Of a DNA stretch of 64,000 bases, positions 26,190 through 40,388 are shown in pieces. This DNA is from the human T2T-CHM13v2.0 reference genome, Homo sapiens, in the NCBI RefSeq assembly GCF_009914755.1, contig NC_060942.1, one strand, 5' to 3'. Under the pieces are notes generated by a model. That model did no database searches. It was not told where the DNA came from and was given only the letters and a program-made list of their open reading frames with translations. Numbering within the stretch: the first letter of the stretch is position 1; each line of letters opens with the position of its first letter. A program made the position numbers and the translations under genes.

Positions 26190-27763
26190 TGCAAATGTGA
26201 AACACTTTCAAAAAAAACCTTTCTAAGGTGAGATTATTCCTTCTCTTAATAGGTCAAAAGAATGACTGTTTTCCTGGAAGTTGGACTGTCAGTTTGATTA
26301 AACTGATGGAAGGCTTGAGGGGCTCTTTCCTGCACAAGAGGTGTCCCTTTTCCTGGGATAGATTTTTACCTAGACTACTTGCTGTTGGTTTCATTTGCTG
26401 CTCCTTAACCCTGGAAAAATCCCAAATCTTGAATTTATTTAAGTGCCTTAAGGGTGGTGTTTAAATATTTCAGTTTTGCATTGCATGTCTATTTTCTCTT
26501 TTCAATTTTGAATACAAGAATGCCAATTGAAGTTTGTCAGGATTCTAGGTGTTCTGAAGTGACTGTCTAGAATTAGATACCTTCTCTACATGACTAGAAG
26601 TTCTGCCAAGGGAAGAAGATATCTTCTAAAGACAAAAACATGTGACTAATTTCTAGAGGTTTTCTGCATTCTTGGGATTTGTTGAAAATGCATTCTACAA
26701 CCTGTGAAATTATCACATACTTTTGATAATACCTTGTCTCCCTGAAATATAAAGAAACCCACACTATGATCCCTACCATCTTGCACTCAGAGCTGTCATA
26801 GTGGCTCAGTCTTCTTTCTTATGTATCAAAGATGTAAATCTTTTCAGAGAAAGCAAGAATTTGATTGTTCATGAAGATACATAATCAAAATAGAAATTGT
26901 TCTACCCAGCAGCATAAACATTAAGCCCAAGAAACAATTTGTTGGCCAATCTTCCATATCCACACACTAGAAGCGACAATGAAGTAACAGTACCCAACTT
27001 ACTAAGAGTAGTAAAAGTAATTTCTCTTCAAGAGCAGCAGTAGCAGCAGTTTTTGTCCTTAAGGAAAACTGCCAGGAGACTGTAGCAAAGGAAAGATGAA
27101 ACTGGATAAGTTATTCTCATGATAAATTTAGCTTTTCCGTGTCGGAATCCACTTGGTGATATGTGTGGTGAAGCCCTCCATTGAATCTCAGCCATGACTG
27201 AAAATCCCGTGCTTTGCTGTTTCCTGCTGATCCCCACAAGGAACGTTTTAAACTGAGAGCTGCTGTTTTTTGTTTTGTTTTCTTTTGACATGCAGTACTT
27301 CTTCTTCTATAGTGCTTCTTATCAGTTATCATGTCTTGGAAGTCAAAACAATTTCACCTTATTTCCTAAAATAATTATTGTATTAACATTGCTTGAAAAA
27401 AATATTTCTTATGTGTCTTTAAGAAAATTTAAGTAAATAAGTCGAGTAATGAAAATATTTTCCTTGAAATGAAAGATTTGCTTATCCAAGTCCAGAATAT
27501 CATTTAAGAAATATGATGCCCAAGTCAACAAAGCTAAAATGATCACATGAAAACAAACAATACCAAAATCAATCACAGATATTTTTCTCTGCCACACCAA
27601 ATACCAAGATTTTTAATAATAGTCATAAGTGTCATATAAAAGCATCTAGAGAATTTTGCACTGTACATCTGCATGCATTTTCTTTTCATTTTGCAAATAG
27701 TATAACATGTTCCTGCAGAAGGTGGCCTCAGCTGTGATCTAGGTACCATAAGAAGCCCTATGA

Positions 27764-28890
<1,127 letters not shown>

Positions 28891-29214
28891 CTCAATGTGA
28901 ATCTACCATGGGTTTTCTAAATTTTCTGATGGCATGAATAGATCAAAAGGATGGAATAAAATTCCAGGATTGGCTTGGGATCTATATATCACTCAAAGGT
29001 GGATAAAATGAACATCCACTTAACATGATGGCTAAAATGGATAATGCTTCAGCAGAAGCATAATCATTATCAGAATAGTGTCAATACTCACATTGTGGAA
29101 ATCCAACTCTAAACATTTTGTATGGAAGTGGAAGTCCTAACAAGTGAACAGAAAGGCAAATATATATATAAATGGAACTATTCCTATAAAAATCCAAGCT
29201 ATCAATCATTGAAT

Positions 29215-29420
29215 ATGTATAGCCAGGCACTATACTAAGTGATGATGTACACACATTATTTTAACATTTAGAATTGCCCTAATGAAGTGGGTATTATGAT
29301 GTACATTTTATGGGTAAGGCGTCTGAAAATTGGTTAAGTAAATTACCCAAGGAGAAGCAGCTTGTAAGTGGTAGAGGTGAGATTTAAACTAGCATTTGTC
29401 TAACTTTCAGGTCTTAATTA
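29215..29420 (-). mobile_element. MIR SINE
   Basis: gccaggcactatactaagtg...cattttatgggtaagg...ggttaagtaaattacccaagg...gtaagtggtagag. Confidence 0.7.
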
Positions 29421-30088
29421 CTACACAATACAGCTGTTTTAAGATATCTGCATTATAACCTTCTCTCTCTCTCTCTCTCTCTCTCTCGTCATTTTGGAGT
29501 GAATGCTTATGAAACCTTAGGAGAGGGAGATTACAGGAATTGCCACTGACAATGGTGGTACAGTTGCTATAGTAACCAATCCACCAAATTCATCTGTGCT
29601 ACTGGGCACACACTTCTGCCTCTGTAATACACCCATACTGACTGGGATCTCTCACTGTATCAGTGAACTCCTGTTAATGCATATGAAATAGAAAGTGGTG
29701 AGGGCCTAGTGTACACCTGATAGCATTAAAGTGTTTTCTTCAAAGTTTCCCTCTCTGACTCACAGGTTTACATTCCCTTTTTTAATCCCATCGCTTTGCA
29801 CAGGATGCTCTGATGTGGTTGGTTTTGAGGGGTGCTCAAAATCAGAGCCAAACAGCCCTCTGTTGTTTTTGTTCTAAGAAGTATTTACAAATATGACTAT
29901 TTTCTTTCTGGTGACAAATTGACCCTCCAGCCTAATAATTCCTCACTCAGCACCAGATTGTGAATTGTGGACCATCCCACCCTGACCCTGACATTCAAAA
30001 TAGACTTTATCTGATAAAAAAACACATCTCAGAAATCACTCTATAGAAAATTTGAAGGTAGCACCCAACAATATGTGATTGGACTGTG

Positions 30089-30101
30089 TACACACAGACA
30101 T

Positions 30102-30138
<37 letters not shown>
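30089..30138. repeat. Interrupted (CA)n microsatellite
   Basis: Directly visible. Confidence 0.9.
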
Positions 30139-31079
30139 AACATGCACATCCATCTTTCCATATTTTTCAACAATGCCTCTACATTTTCAAGGACTTTTCT
30201 CAGATATTGCTGCTTTCTCTCTTCTTCCTCCTCTCCATTTCACTGGCCTCGCCTGTCTTCAGAGGCACCTGAAGGCACATAAGGCAGGGAAGTGAAACCG
30301 ACTGTAATTCTTCAGTTCACTTCTCTGCAGCCTCCAGTGAGCCAGTCTCCATACGGTGGCCCAGCTGAGCTCTGAGGAAGTTCAGAGTCCCCGCGCAGGT
30401 GCAATTTACCAACCCCTCACAGGCGCTCTGGGAGCAAAGAAGCCAGACATATGCATGTGAAAGGCTTTGGGAGCAGCAGAAAAGAAAGCCTCTAAGCTTA
30501 AGTTTATGAGATTAAAAAGAAGAGGAACTCTCTTCTATGAAAGGAAAAAATGAAAGACATTTATAACTCAACCGGCCATCATTTTCCTTTTGAAGAATGA
30601 AATATAAATTGCTGAGAGCTGTCGAAAATTCTAATGTTCCCACTTCCTTCTGATGCCCTTGGTTTCACCTTTGGTTCCCTCCAACTTCATTCCTCTGGTG
30701 TTAACAGTCTCTGACTATTTCTGTGCTATCAGTGATATCATGAATATGTCCTAGTGATTTTTTGATAGGCAAAAGTGCATTCAGGTAAATTTTGCTAAAT
30801 ATGTCTTTTAAAATTAATAATATACAAACTTAAAACAGCATTTTATGTTTAGTTTTTCTACAATCTCAGCTGATCTTTCTACAAATGCTGCTAAGTATTT
30901 AGAACTATAATTATTAACCCATTTTACTGCTGCAGGACTCGGCTAACGTGGAGCCAGGCCACTCATTTAGGTTTATGATTTCAAAGGCAGCAGTGTTTCC
31001 ACAATAGTATTACTTCTTTTTTCAGTTCAACTGAAAAACATGCTGATTTTTCCATTTTAAAATGTATCTATGTAGTAAA

Positions 31080-31570
31080 TAATCCTTAGCAGGGCCTACA
31101 ACTTCCTGTATGATTTGGACAACCCCTCTTGCCACAAATGTAGCCACACATCCTTTTTTTTTTTTTTTTTTTTTTTAAGTTCCTGGAAGGTGCCAAGCTC
31201 TTTTCTGCCCAGGAGTTTTGCAGGTGGTCTTCTCTCAGCTTTGCCTCTCCAATTGCATATTTTGCCTTCTCCCCAGGCCTATTACTTAGAATGGCTCATC
31301 TTTCAAGGCTCATCTTATACCTTTGTTGCAGAGAAAGTCTTCTCCAGTCACTCGGATAAGGTTACAGCTGTCTGTTATAGGGTGTCCCAGCCCATGACAC
31401 TTTTCTCTTGTAGGTTATGTATTGCCAGTGTGATTATTTTGTGTTACTATTTACTCTTTCTCTTTTTACTGTAAATTGCATGCAGTCAGAAATGTGGCTG
31501 TCTTGTTCAACTCTGTATCTCAGAACTTAGCTCAGAGCTTGATGTACCATATACGTTCAATACAAATGTG
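31080..31570 (+). mobile_element. LINE-2 3' fragment
   Basis: tccttagcagggcctacaac...tcttgttcaactctgtatctcagaacttagc...cgttcaatacaaatg. Confidence 0.55.
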
Positions 31571-34287
31571 GGGGTTATTCCATAGCACAACTTCTGATTA
31601 GTAGTAAATTGCAATGCATCACTCCAAGTTTCCACTATCAGTGTGACACAGTCATGGGCCTGCATTTAGAAAGCTGTCAGAGGTCCTGAAGTTCTCCTTG
31701 CTTCTCAGGTCTTTTGCCAGGTCAAATTACATGGGAATTAAGATGATTTTGCAATGAATGCAGTTATATGTTTATCTCCTTATATTCACAGAATGGGTTG
31801 TCCCCTTTGAACTCCGAGACTTCTGAAACTACTGCATTACCTAGCACAACAATGGATTTAAAAAAAAAACAACAAAAAATCTTATTAACTCAGATTACAT
31901 ATACATAGTTATTGAACCGAATGGTATTATAGGCGGTAAGGTACCATGATTGACATTTTTTTCTTGTGAAAATATTTTCTTTCTTTTGAGGACTGACTTT
32001 TTTTTTCTTTTTAATGAAATTCTGTCTATAACTCTAAATTATATAAGGTTGGGTATGCCATGATTTAAGTGTTTCTTGATTTGTTCTTATCTTGATTTGT
32101 AAATGTTGAACACCTAATTTCCAGTCTTTAGAAATTTCTTGCCCATCTTCTTTTTCTTCCTTTTTCAGATAGTTCACATTCTTAATAACTTGTTTGATAC
32201 CCCTTATTTCCTTGCATTTTTCTTACTTCTTGTTTTTTCTACTTTTTCTCATTACCCTATAATTTATTTTCTCTTTTTATGGTAGGCATTCCATAATACC
32301 TTTCTGCTTTACTTCTAGTGTTGCAAATAGTTCTAATCCTATTTGCATTAATATTATTTGTGAAGAGATAAACCTCTCTGCTATTTACAGTAAAATGAAC
32401 ACACTCATTGTATCATCTGTACTACAACAGATAGCCTTTCTCTGGTTAAGTGATCCTCCTACCCATATCAAAATAGTGTTTTTTTGTTTTAATTTAAAGA
32501 AATCATCATTAGTAATGCCTGTATTGTGAATTATCTTGGAAATCAATGGAAAGGACATGGAAAATGAACATGTTTTCTGAATTCTAAGTGAATGAGAGAA
32601 GACAAACATTTATGATCTAACAATTGTTAAATTGATTTTCTTGAAACAAAATATAAACAGAATAAATTTTCAGTTAGAGAGGTCTTATTTTGTTATTAAA
32701 ATATACAGGTATTTTTATAATTCCAACTTCTACCTGGTTATTTAATCACCTGAAAGTATCCCCAACATGAATAGTGTTTTACTGTCACAAAAACAAATCT
32801 GACACCCCTTTAGTACTTCAGTGCACAGAAATCCAGGGAAACCAACTTTTGGTTCAAATTCAAGCTTCAAGGTTTTTTTTTTTTTTTCATAGTTAAACAG
32901 AAATTTCTTATTTTTCTTTCTTTTCTTTATTTAAAGTGCATTGGCTCATTCTATTTTTAGTAAGTCAATATTATAGTGCCAAATCTCAGCAACTTATTAT
33001 TTAGCCCCTTAATTCAGAACTAATAATTAAGTGCTGTAGACCAGAAGGATAGAATTCTGGCTTTCTAATGTCTTCCCCTCGTTCTTCATTGGTTGAGTGG
33101 CCTGAAGAAGAGTTAGATGGCAGGAACTTTTAATGACTTTTGTGGTGTGATAAAACAGAAGTGGAAGGTGTAGATAAGAGTTTGTCTTTTGTAAATGCCA
33201 CATCTCCAATATATACTCATAATGGCAGGGTTATTTCCCTGGTGATAAGGACCTCTGACTCAACACTATTCAGATAATTGGGTAAATTACTTATCTTCTC
33301 TGAGTCCCAGTTTTCTCATCTTTAAAAAGGCTTAAAGGGTGCTGTAAAGATTAGAAACACTGTAAGTGATAAGTCAAGCTTGTGGTAGTTGCTCAGACAG
33401 TGATAGCTACTATTATTATTGGCCAACAACAGGTTGTGTGTATGTTTGCGTGTGTGTAATCATCTTTAAAATTACCTATATTTTTATTGCACATTAGCTT
33501 TTTTGATTCACACTATACTGCACCAACCTTAAGTGTCTATCTCAATTATATTTAAGACCAATAGCAATTTACAACGAACTCACATTTTTGGATCAAGGTC
33601 AGGCACTGAGTTAAGTGCTTTGGTTACACATATTCAGAGAAGTCACCGTCTATTGGGGTCTGAGACAGACACATAAGACAAACCTACAATGGGGTAAGTA
33701 TTTCTCCAGAGGTTGTTCACTTTGCAGAAGGCAGGCAGGATCTATACTCAATCCAGTTGATCCACTCATAAGTCAGGAATCCTGACATGCCCTTTGATCA
33801 AAGCAGCTGGAGATACAGATTGACACTTAGAAAAATAATTGTTCACATGTTCATTTAGTTTAGATTAGTTTGCCTAGATTAGTTTGCTGAATATGTGCCC
33901 GTTAACCTCAGAAAAATAGTGTGTTAAATATACTCGCCTATTTTGATTTCCTACTCGAAATGATTAAAATATCATATAAACAATATTTAAGCCTCTTCTG
34001 AATAATGATGACCATTCTACATTAGGAGGTTTTATATCCAGTATGCTTGAAAAAATGAGAAACTCATCCATTGTTTTAATTAATCACTATTTAGCTTCCG
34101 AGGATCACTATTCAAATCCTTAAGTCATATTCTGGATAAATTAACTTCTAACTTAGCACGGTAGAATTATTTAGACTTGAGTTCTTTCCAAATGGAAGGA
34201 TGAAGACTAATGGGGATTTTTTCCACTAGAATAAGGGCAAATTGTTTTTGTCCATTTTCTTCACTGATATATCCCAAGTGCCTAGTA

Positions 34288-34620
34288 CATGGGTTGGCAA
34301 ACCGTGGCTCACAGTATAAATCCAGTCCATGTTCTATTTTTATATTTTTGTATAGCCTGAAAACTAAGAGTGTCTTTTATGTTTGTAAGTGGTTGAAAAA
34401 ATTAAAAGAATAATATTTCATGATGTGAAAATTACAGGAAATTTCAGTGCCCACAAATGCAGTTTTACTGTAACACAGCAATGCCCATTCATTTATGTAC
34501 TGTCAGTTGCGTTTTTGCACTACAGGTGAAGAGTAGTGTAGTTGCAACAGAGACCTTGTGACCCCAAAGCCAAAAATAAACACTGTGTTGCTTTTTATAG
34601 AAAAAAATTGCTGACCCCTG
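34288..34620. mobile_element. MER58B-like hAT-Charlie MITE
   Basis: Terminal inverted repeats catgggttggcaaac ... aattgctgacccctg, ~335 bp. Confidence 0.75.
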
Positions 34621-36199
34621 GCCTGGAAAAACAACTCTCCTAATTTTTTTTTTAAGTCAGATACATTACTATTTAACCCTCACAAGTTTCTTTTTAAAAG
34701 AAAAGTCTTAAGTCTACATATAACTCTTCAGTCAATTAGTAGATTTCAGCCTGGCTAGCATTTGGGGAGTGATAGTAAAAAACAGCACACTGTGAATGAC
34801 AACACAGACTTGCCACACTGCCTGGGTTCAGCTGTGCAATCATGGAGCAATGCTTAACTGCTCTGTGCATCAGTTTTTTATCTATATGAGGCTAATGATA
34901 GTACCCATACCTTGGGCTGTTATGAGAATTCAATTAAGTAATGTATGTGAAGTGCGTCAACATCACCTGTTACGCAGTAGCAGTTGTAAATAAGGTAACA
35001 CATTTTTTACTGTTTTTTAAGTTAAGAAAATTGGGATGCTTAGAATTAGCTAAGGTAATGAGTGAACCTCATGTTCATAAAAATGGTAAAAATACAAGCA
35101 TGAATTAAAACTGGAAAATGTCCACTTTTAACAGTAAGTCCTCTATTTCAATACAAGGCATTAGTATCCTTTTTAATTGCCTTCTGATTGTAGGATGTAA
35201 CTATTTGACTCCCATATCGGTTGATGTAATTTTGTAATCAATGGTCCTGTTTCAGATAATAAACAAATTGTATTCTGAATGGTTGAATAATTTCTGATAC
35301 AAAATTTAACTACCTAACAATTTTTAATCTGAGGGTATCAAATTGATATAAAGGGAAGTAACAATTTAGAGAATGCATGGATACAAGTTTAGTTTGCTTT
35401 GTTAAGGTTATTACTCAGTTCTTAGAAAGAGAACCAACAGAAAATATTGTCCTACATTTAATGAAACACTTTCTAAGCACCAAAACCAGGAATCAAAACT
35501 GTATATTAGGAAATGTAATGGCATTTTAATTATTGCAAGTCATTTTAGCAGATAGATAATTAGTACCCTTGATGTTTCAATAGATTTTTACATTAATTTA
35601 TGAGAAATCTATAAATAGACTATGTTTTGTAGTAAATGAAATCTTAGGTAGTCTCCTGTTGTTTATAAAATATAATTTCTTTAAAACTACACTTCGATAT
35701 GGAACCCTACATGGGACGTAATAGCTAGTTGTTAAATGTTTAAAAAATATGATTACTTTCATGAATGTATTTCTATTACAGGTGTTTTCTTGGAGAAGGT
35801 TCAGTAAACTTTTGTTATGTGCAATAGTAATGTAGATTAATGTATTGATGAAGTACAACATTGAGCCTTTCTTTTTTCATAATCTTAATTCATTCAACTT
35901 TTAATAAGCATTTATTCGTTATATTGTGTGAGGTGCAATGAAAATGTAAAACATTAGTTAATTTTATCCAGTTAATTAATATCTAATCCAATTTGATTTA
36001 TTTGGGATAATTGCTAAATTATACATTAAAATTTCAAACTGTAAATAAAAAGAAACTATTTGGGTTACTTAAGCTAAATTTAGACTATGTCTTCTGTTAT
36101 TTACATTTAATATACTAAACACTGCATATCATGTCGCTTTATGAAACTAAATTTTCATGCTTTAGATGATGTTAATATTGACTTGTAGAAAGATTAAAT

Positions 36200-36385
36200 C
36201 AAGCTGATTTAATCTATCCATCACCTCACCTCTTTATCATTTCTTTGTGTTGAGAATGTTTCAAATCTACTATTTTGGCAATTTTGAAATATGTAATACT
36301 TTTTTACTAACTGTGGTCACGTTGCTGGTGCAATAGATCACTAAAACTTATTCTTCCCGTCTAACTGAAACTTTATATCCTTTGT
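36200..36385 (-). mobile_element. L1M fragment
   Basis: tccatcacctca...caattttgaaatatgtaatac...taactgtggtcacgttgctggtgcaatagatcactaaaacttattcttcccgtctaactgaaactt. Confidence 0.75.
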
Positions 36386-38147
36386 CAATCCTGTCATCTT
36401 AAATTACTTATGTGTGTATTTGAATACAGAGTGACAAGTTTCTTATTTTACTTATTGTCCTTATGTTAAGTTTGGTAAAATGGAATATGAATTTAAGTGC
36501 AACTGGTATACTTAGAAAAACCAAGCAACAAGAGGGAACATTTTATATTAATTTGAGTATTTGTATAAAGATTTCATACTTGGGTTCCTTTACTTTTCTA
36601 GGCTTAATAAAAACTCAAAATTAATAATCTTTAAAATGCTTAAATTATGATTATATTAATATCTCTACTTTCTATAGATAATATACTCTTAAACAAGTAA
36701 ATTCTCTTTTGAAGTTATTCTATTTGCTTATACTTTGTACTTATTCCAAAAGACTGGTCAATTTTACATTTTCATCTCCTTCTCTGAATTTAAGAAACTC
36801 TTTTATATTTAGAGTTTAAAAACTACAGGTGGATAAAAAGTAATAAATACAAGGTCCTTCTATTCAATTGTCTTCAATGAAAGTGATGTAATCTCAAAAA
36901 CAATTGGTTAACACATTTATCCCCGTTAAATGACACATAAGGCTAAGGGAACATTTTTATATTACACTGATGCTATAATAAATGGGCTGATTTAATATTG
37001 TTGGTTGCAACTTACAGCATTTCTGTCTACTTTAAAGTTAGGAACTTCATGGTTATTTTGGCATTCTTCCTATGAATTACAATTAAAATAATGTAATTAG
37101 TCTGTAAAATTCAAAATGCTACCTTACTAATAAAGGAATAAAACCTAAATTATATTACTTTGAGGTCAATGATAGGTTCGCATGAACTATTTGCTTTTCT
37201 ATATCTTTCTCTTTTAAAAGAAAATACAGTTTTCTTCCTACTGCAGAAGTATCAGATTCTTGCAGCATCCATGACACTTGTAAGCATTCAGTGGTCAGAC
37301 ACCACTACATATCCTTCAAATGATGTGGCCCAGTGAAGCTGGAGGGTGTCGTCACGGAGCCAGGCAGCCTGGTATCTCAGCCATCCACCAGGACAGAGCC
37401 AGCAGGCACTAGCTGGTGTGCTGAATCTTGACTAAAGTGGGAAATGGATTTTGCATTTTGAAAGTCAACTCTTCTAACATTGAACCTTAGGACATACCTG
37501 TTAGATAAAAGTGCATTGAGGGCTTCAGAAATTTACTGGATCAAATTTATAAAGCTCCTCTGCCAAAATTACTCTTAGAATAAGTTAAATCTTAATTTTA
37601 TTATTCCTCTGGGTTTCTGAATTTATACCGTGTTATACATATTTTTAAAAGTATGAGTAAATGTATGTTCAGAACTATAACTGTGTTGTCTGAATTATTG
37701 ACTATGTGTGATATATGCTAAATGAAGTATACTTGTAGGTCATTTAAAAGTGACAAAAATTTAAATCACAGAATATTAATCACCAAGGCCCATCGCCCAT
37801 CACACTGAGTTTGCCATTTGGATCTTTAGACAAACGAAAAATTCCAATAAAATAAAAATACGTTTCATGTTTTTTTCCTCATTGGCCTCTTGTGCTCACT
37901 GTTAAAAGCACACGGGGATTTGGATTCTTGTTTCTTCTATTGTCCTATTATCATCTTTTGACAACACGATTCGTTAACTCATCTCCCACAGATGTTAGAA
38001 AAATGAACTTACAGGGTTTTGTTACAAGTTCAAGATTTCTCATGCCTCCTGTTGGCCTCTCCTTAACACAAGAGCTGCCTAAAAAAGTGTAGAGAGTATC
38101 TTCCATTTCTTTAAACTTTAGTTACCTAGGTCTGGTGGAAACATAAT

Positions 38148-38148
<1 letters not shown>

Positions 38149-38186
<38 letters not shown>
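38149..38186. repeat. (AC)19 microsatellite
   Basis: Directly visible, uninterrupted. Confidence 0.95.
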
Positions 38187-38187
<1 letters not shown>

Positions 38188-39398
38188 ATTTAATTCTATA
38201 AGGCTGCACAAGGTGGGCCCCATTCTTTAGACATCATTCTGACTGGGAAAATGCCCTGCTAGATTTTCAAACCATGTACTTTGCTACACTTTGTAACACT
38301 TTGGTGGTTAGGCTGGAGTAGCCTGGCATCTGGAATCATGATGTTTTATCATGAGAAACTGAGAGGATACTGTTTCTCTTTTCTAAAAAGAGAAAGAAAC
38401 CCTTTGCTAGGGCTCATTAAAAATGGTTTTAAAATTGGAGCCAATAAAACACGATTGTCAATTCCTACAGCCTTTTTATCTCAGCAGCATTTTTAAAAGG
38501 CATCATTTCTCTCTCCCCTGAAATCCTACTTGCAACACACACAGCCACATTTCTAACTAGCAACAACAGAGGCAGCAGCAACTCTCCAACTTCTTTGTCA
38601 CTGGTGAGCAGGCACACAGACCAACTGGAGCTAGAAGCCTCTCCACTCCTCCATCCCAATTTTCAAGTGCACTCTTCTCAGAAATGGGAGTTGCTAGGCA
38701 AGATTCACCCCATCACCCTGAAATCTCTTGCTTTACTCTCCTTTAAAAGTGAAAAGGAAAGGCTTTCCACAACATAGAAAAGTTTGCCTGGGCACATGAT
38801 ACCAGCATTTCCAATAGTGACCCTAATAGACAAAGCATTTTGGAGTTCTGACATCGACAGGGAGCAGATCCCAGTCATGAAGAAACAACTTGAGTGTGTG
38901 ACGGCAAGACCATGAAAGCCTTCCTTTGCAAGCATCGCCTGGGCTCTTCTGCTCACCCAAGGCAGAACTGAGGAGGGGTGGGGTGGGCATTCCTCACCAC
39001 AGGATCCTTTTTCTTGAGCAAGCCCATCTTAAGATTTGTAGGGAGAGCTGGCTTAGAGAGACTTCCAAAGCTACACTTCTAACTGTCCTGGCCTTTGGCC
39101 CCATCTGCCTGTCAATTTCAGTCTGAGTCCACAATTCCCATGTTTACGGCTCTGGGGATATCTAGAACCTCGGCTTTGGAGCGCTCAGGGATGCTGCTAG
39201 GCCAGTTCCCTATTGACCTTTCAGGGACTCTGAAATCAACTTTCCTCACACACTCTGAATTGTTTGCGTTTGTTTTCATCCTGCCAGAGCCACCCGCCCA
39301 GGCCACCCATCTCTTCCCTCCTCCCTGCCCCCTCCCCTCCCTCCGGCCTCTCTGGCTCTACCCCCCCCTCCCCCGCCCTCCTCTTTGTTGTCTCCTAC

Positions 39399-40345
39399 CT
39401 GCTGGCCAGGCTCTGCCTGCAGTGCTGCCTGAAGGGCATCAGGTGGTAGTTCATGGCGTCCAGCAGCAGCTTCTGGCAGACCGGGTCGGTTCGCATGAAA
39501 TCCACTGACTGGACCCGCTCCACCAGCTCCGGGGCCGGGATGAGGGCGAAGCGGAGGCGCTTCATGAGGTCAGGCGCATACTGCATGCGGGTCTCGCGGT
39601 CGTGCTCCAGCCACAGCACGGACATCTGGAAGAGCGCCAGCTCCGACTCCACGGGGGGCGGCAGCGAGTCCAGCAGGGCGCGCATCTCCTCGAAGTTGAG
39701 CAGCAGCACATCCTCCACCAGGTACTTGTTGGCCAGCTTCTTGGTCTCCTCCAGGCCGTGCAGCGCGGCGATCTTGCACACCTGCTTGTAGTTCTGCACC
39801 GAGATCTGGTCGTTGAGGAACTGCACGCAGAGCTTGGTGACCTGGGGGATGTGCAGGATCTTGCTGACCGACAGCACCTCCTCCACCGTGTCCAGGGACA
39901 GGGTCACGTTGGCCGTGTAGAGGTACTCGAGCACCAGGCGCAGCCCGATGGACGAGCAGCCCTGCAGCACCAGGTTGTTGATGGCCCGGGGGCTGGTCAG
40001 CAGCTTGTCGTCGGGGGAGGAAGAAGGAGTCCCGGGCTCCTCCTGCGGCGGCGGCTGCTGCTGCTGTGACGGCTGCTGCTGCGGCGGCTGCTGCTGGTCC
40101 TTGGGGGCCCCCAGGCCGTCCTGGCCGCCGACCCCTCCCCCGAGAGGGGGGTGGCTGGAGAAGAGCGATCGGAAGTACTGCGAGCAGGAGGCCAGCACGG
40201 CCTTGTGGCAATGGAACTGCTGGCCCTGGGCCGTCAGGGTCACGTCGCAAAACAGCTGCTTCCTCCACAGCAGGTTGAGGCCGTGCAGCAGGTTGTCGCT
40301 GTGGCTGGGGTCGAAGGTGGAGGTCCTGTCCCCGGATCTGGACAT
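39399..40345 (-). CDS. KLHL14: KLHL14 first coding segment (exon 2): BTB/POZ domain with a Gly/Gln/Pro-rich insert, then BACK domain; 947 nt, phase-2 end
   Basis: Translates MSRSGDRTSTFDPSHSDNLLHGLNLLWRKQLFCDVTL...FHCHKAVLASCSQYFRSLF...LEYLYTA...ESELALFQMSVLWLEHD...RQSLAS, which has the BTB and BACK motifs and which I recognise as KLHL14. Start context CTCGCCATGT; donor CAG|GTAGGA at 39399/39398. Confidence 0.97.
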
Positions 40346-40388
40346 GGCGAGCTGACTCGGTGCACCTGGCTTTAAACCCTCCTCCAAC
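40346..40388 (-). other. KLHL14: 5' UTR part of KLHL14 exon 2 (43 nt)
   Basis: C-rich tract and acceptor CCCTGTCTGCCAG|GTTGG at 40389/40388. Confidence 0.85.
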
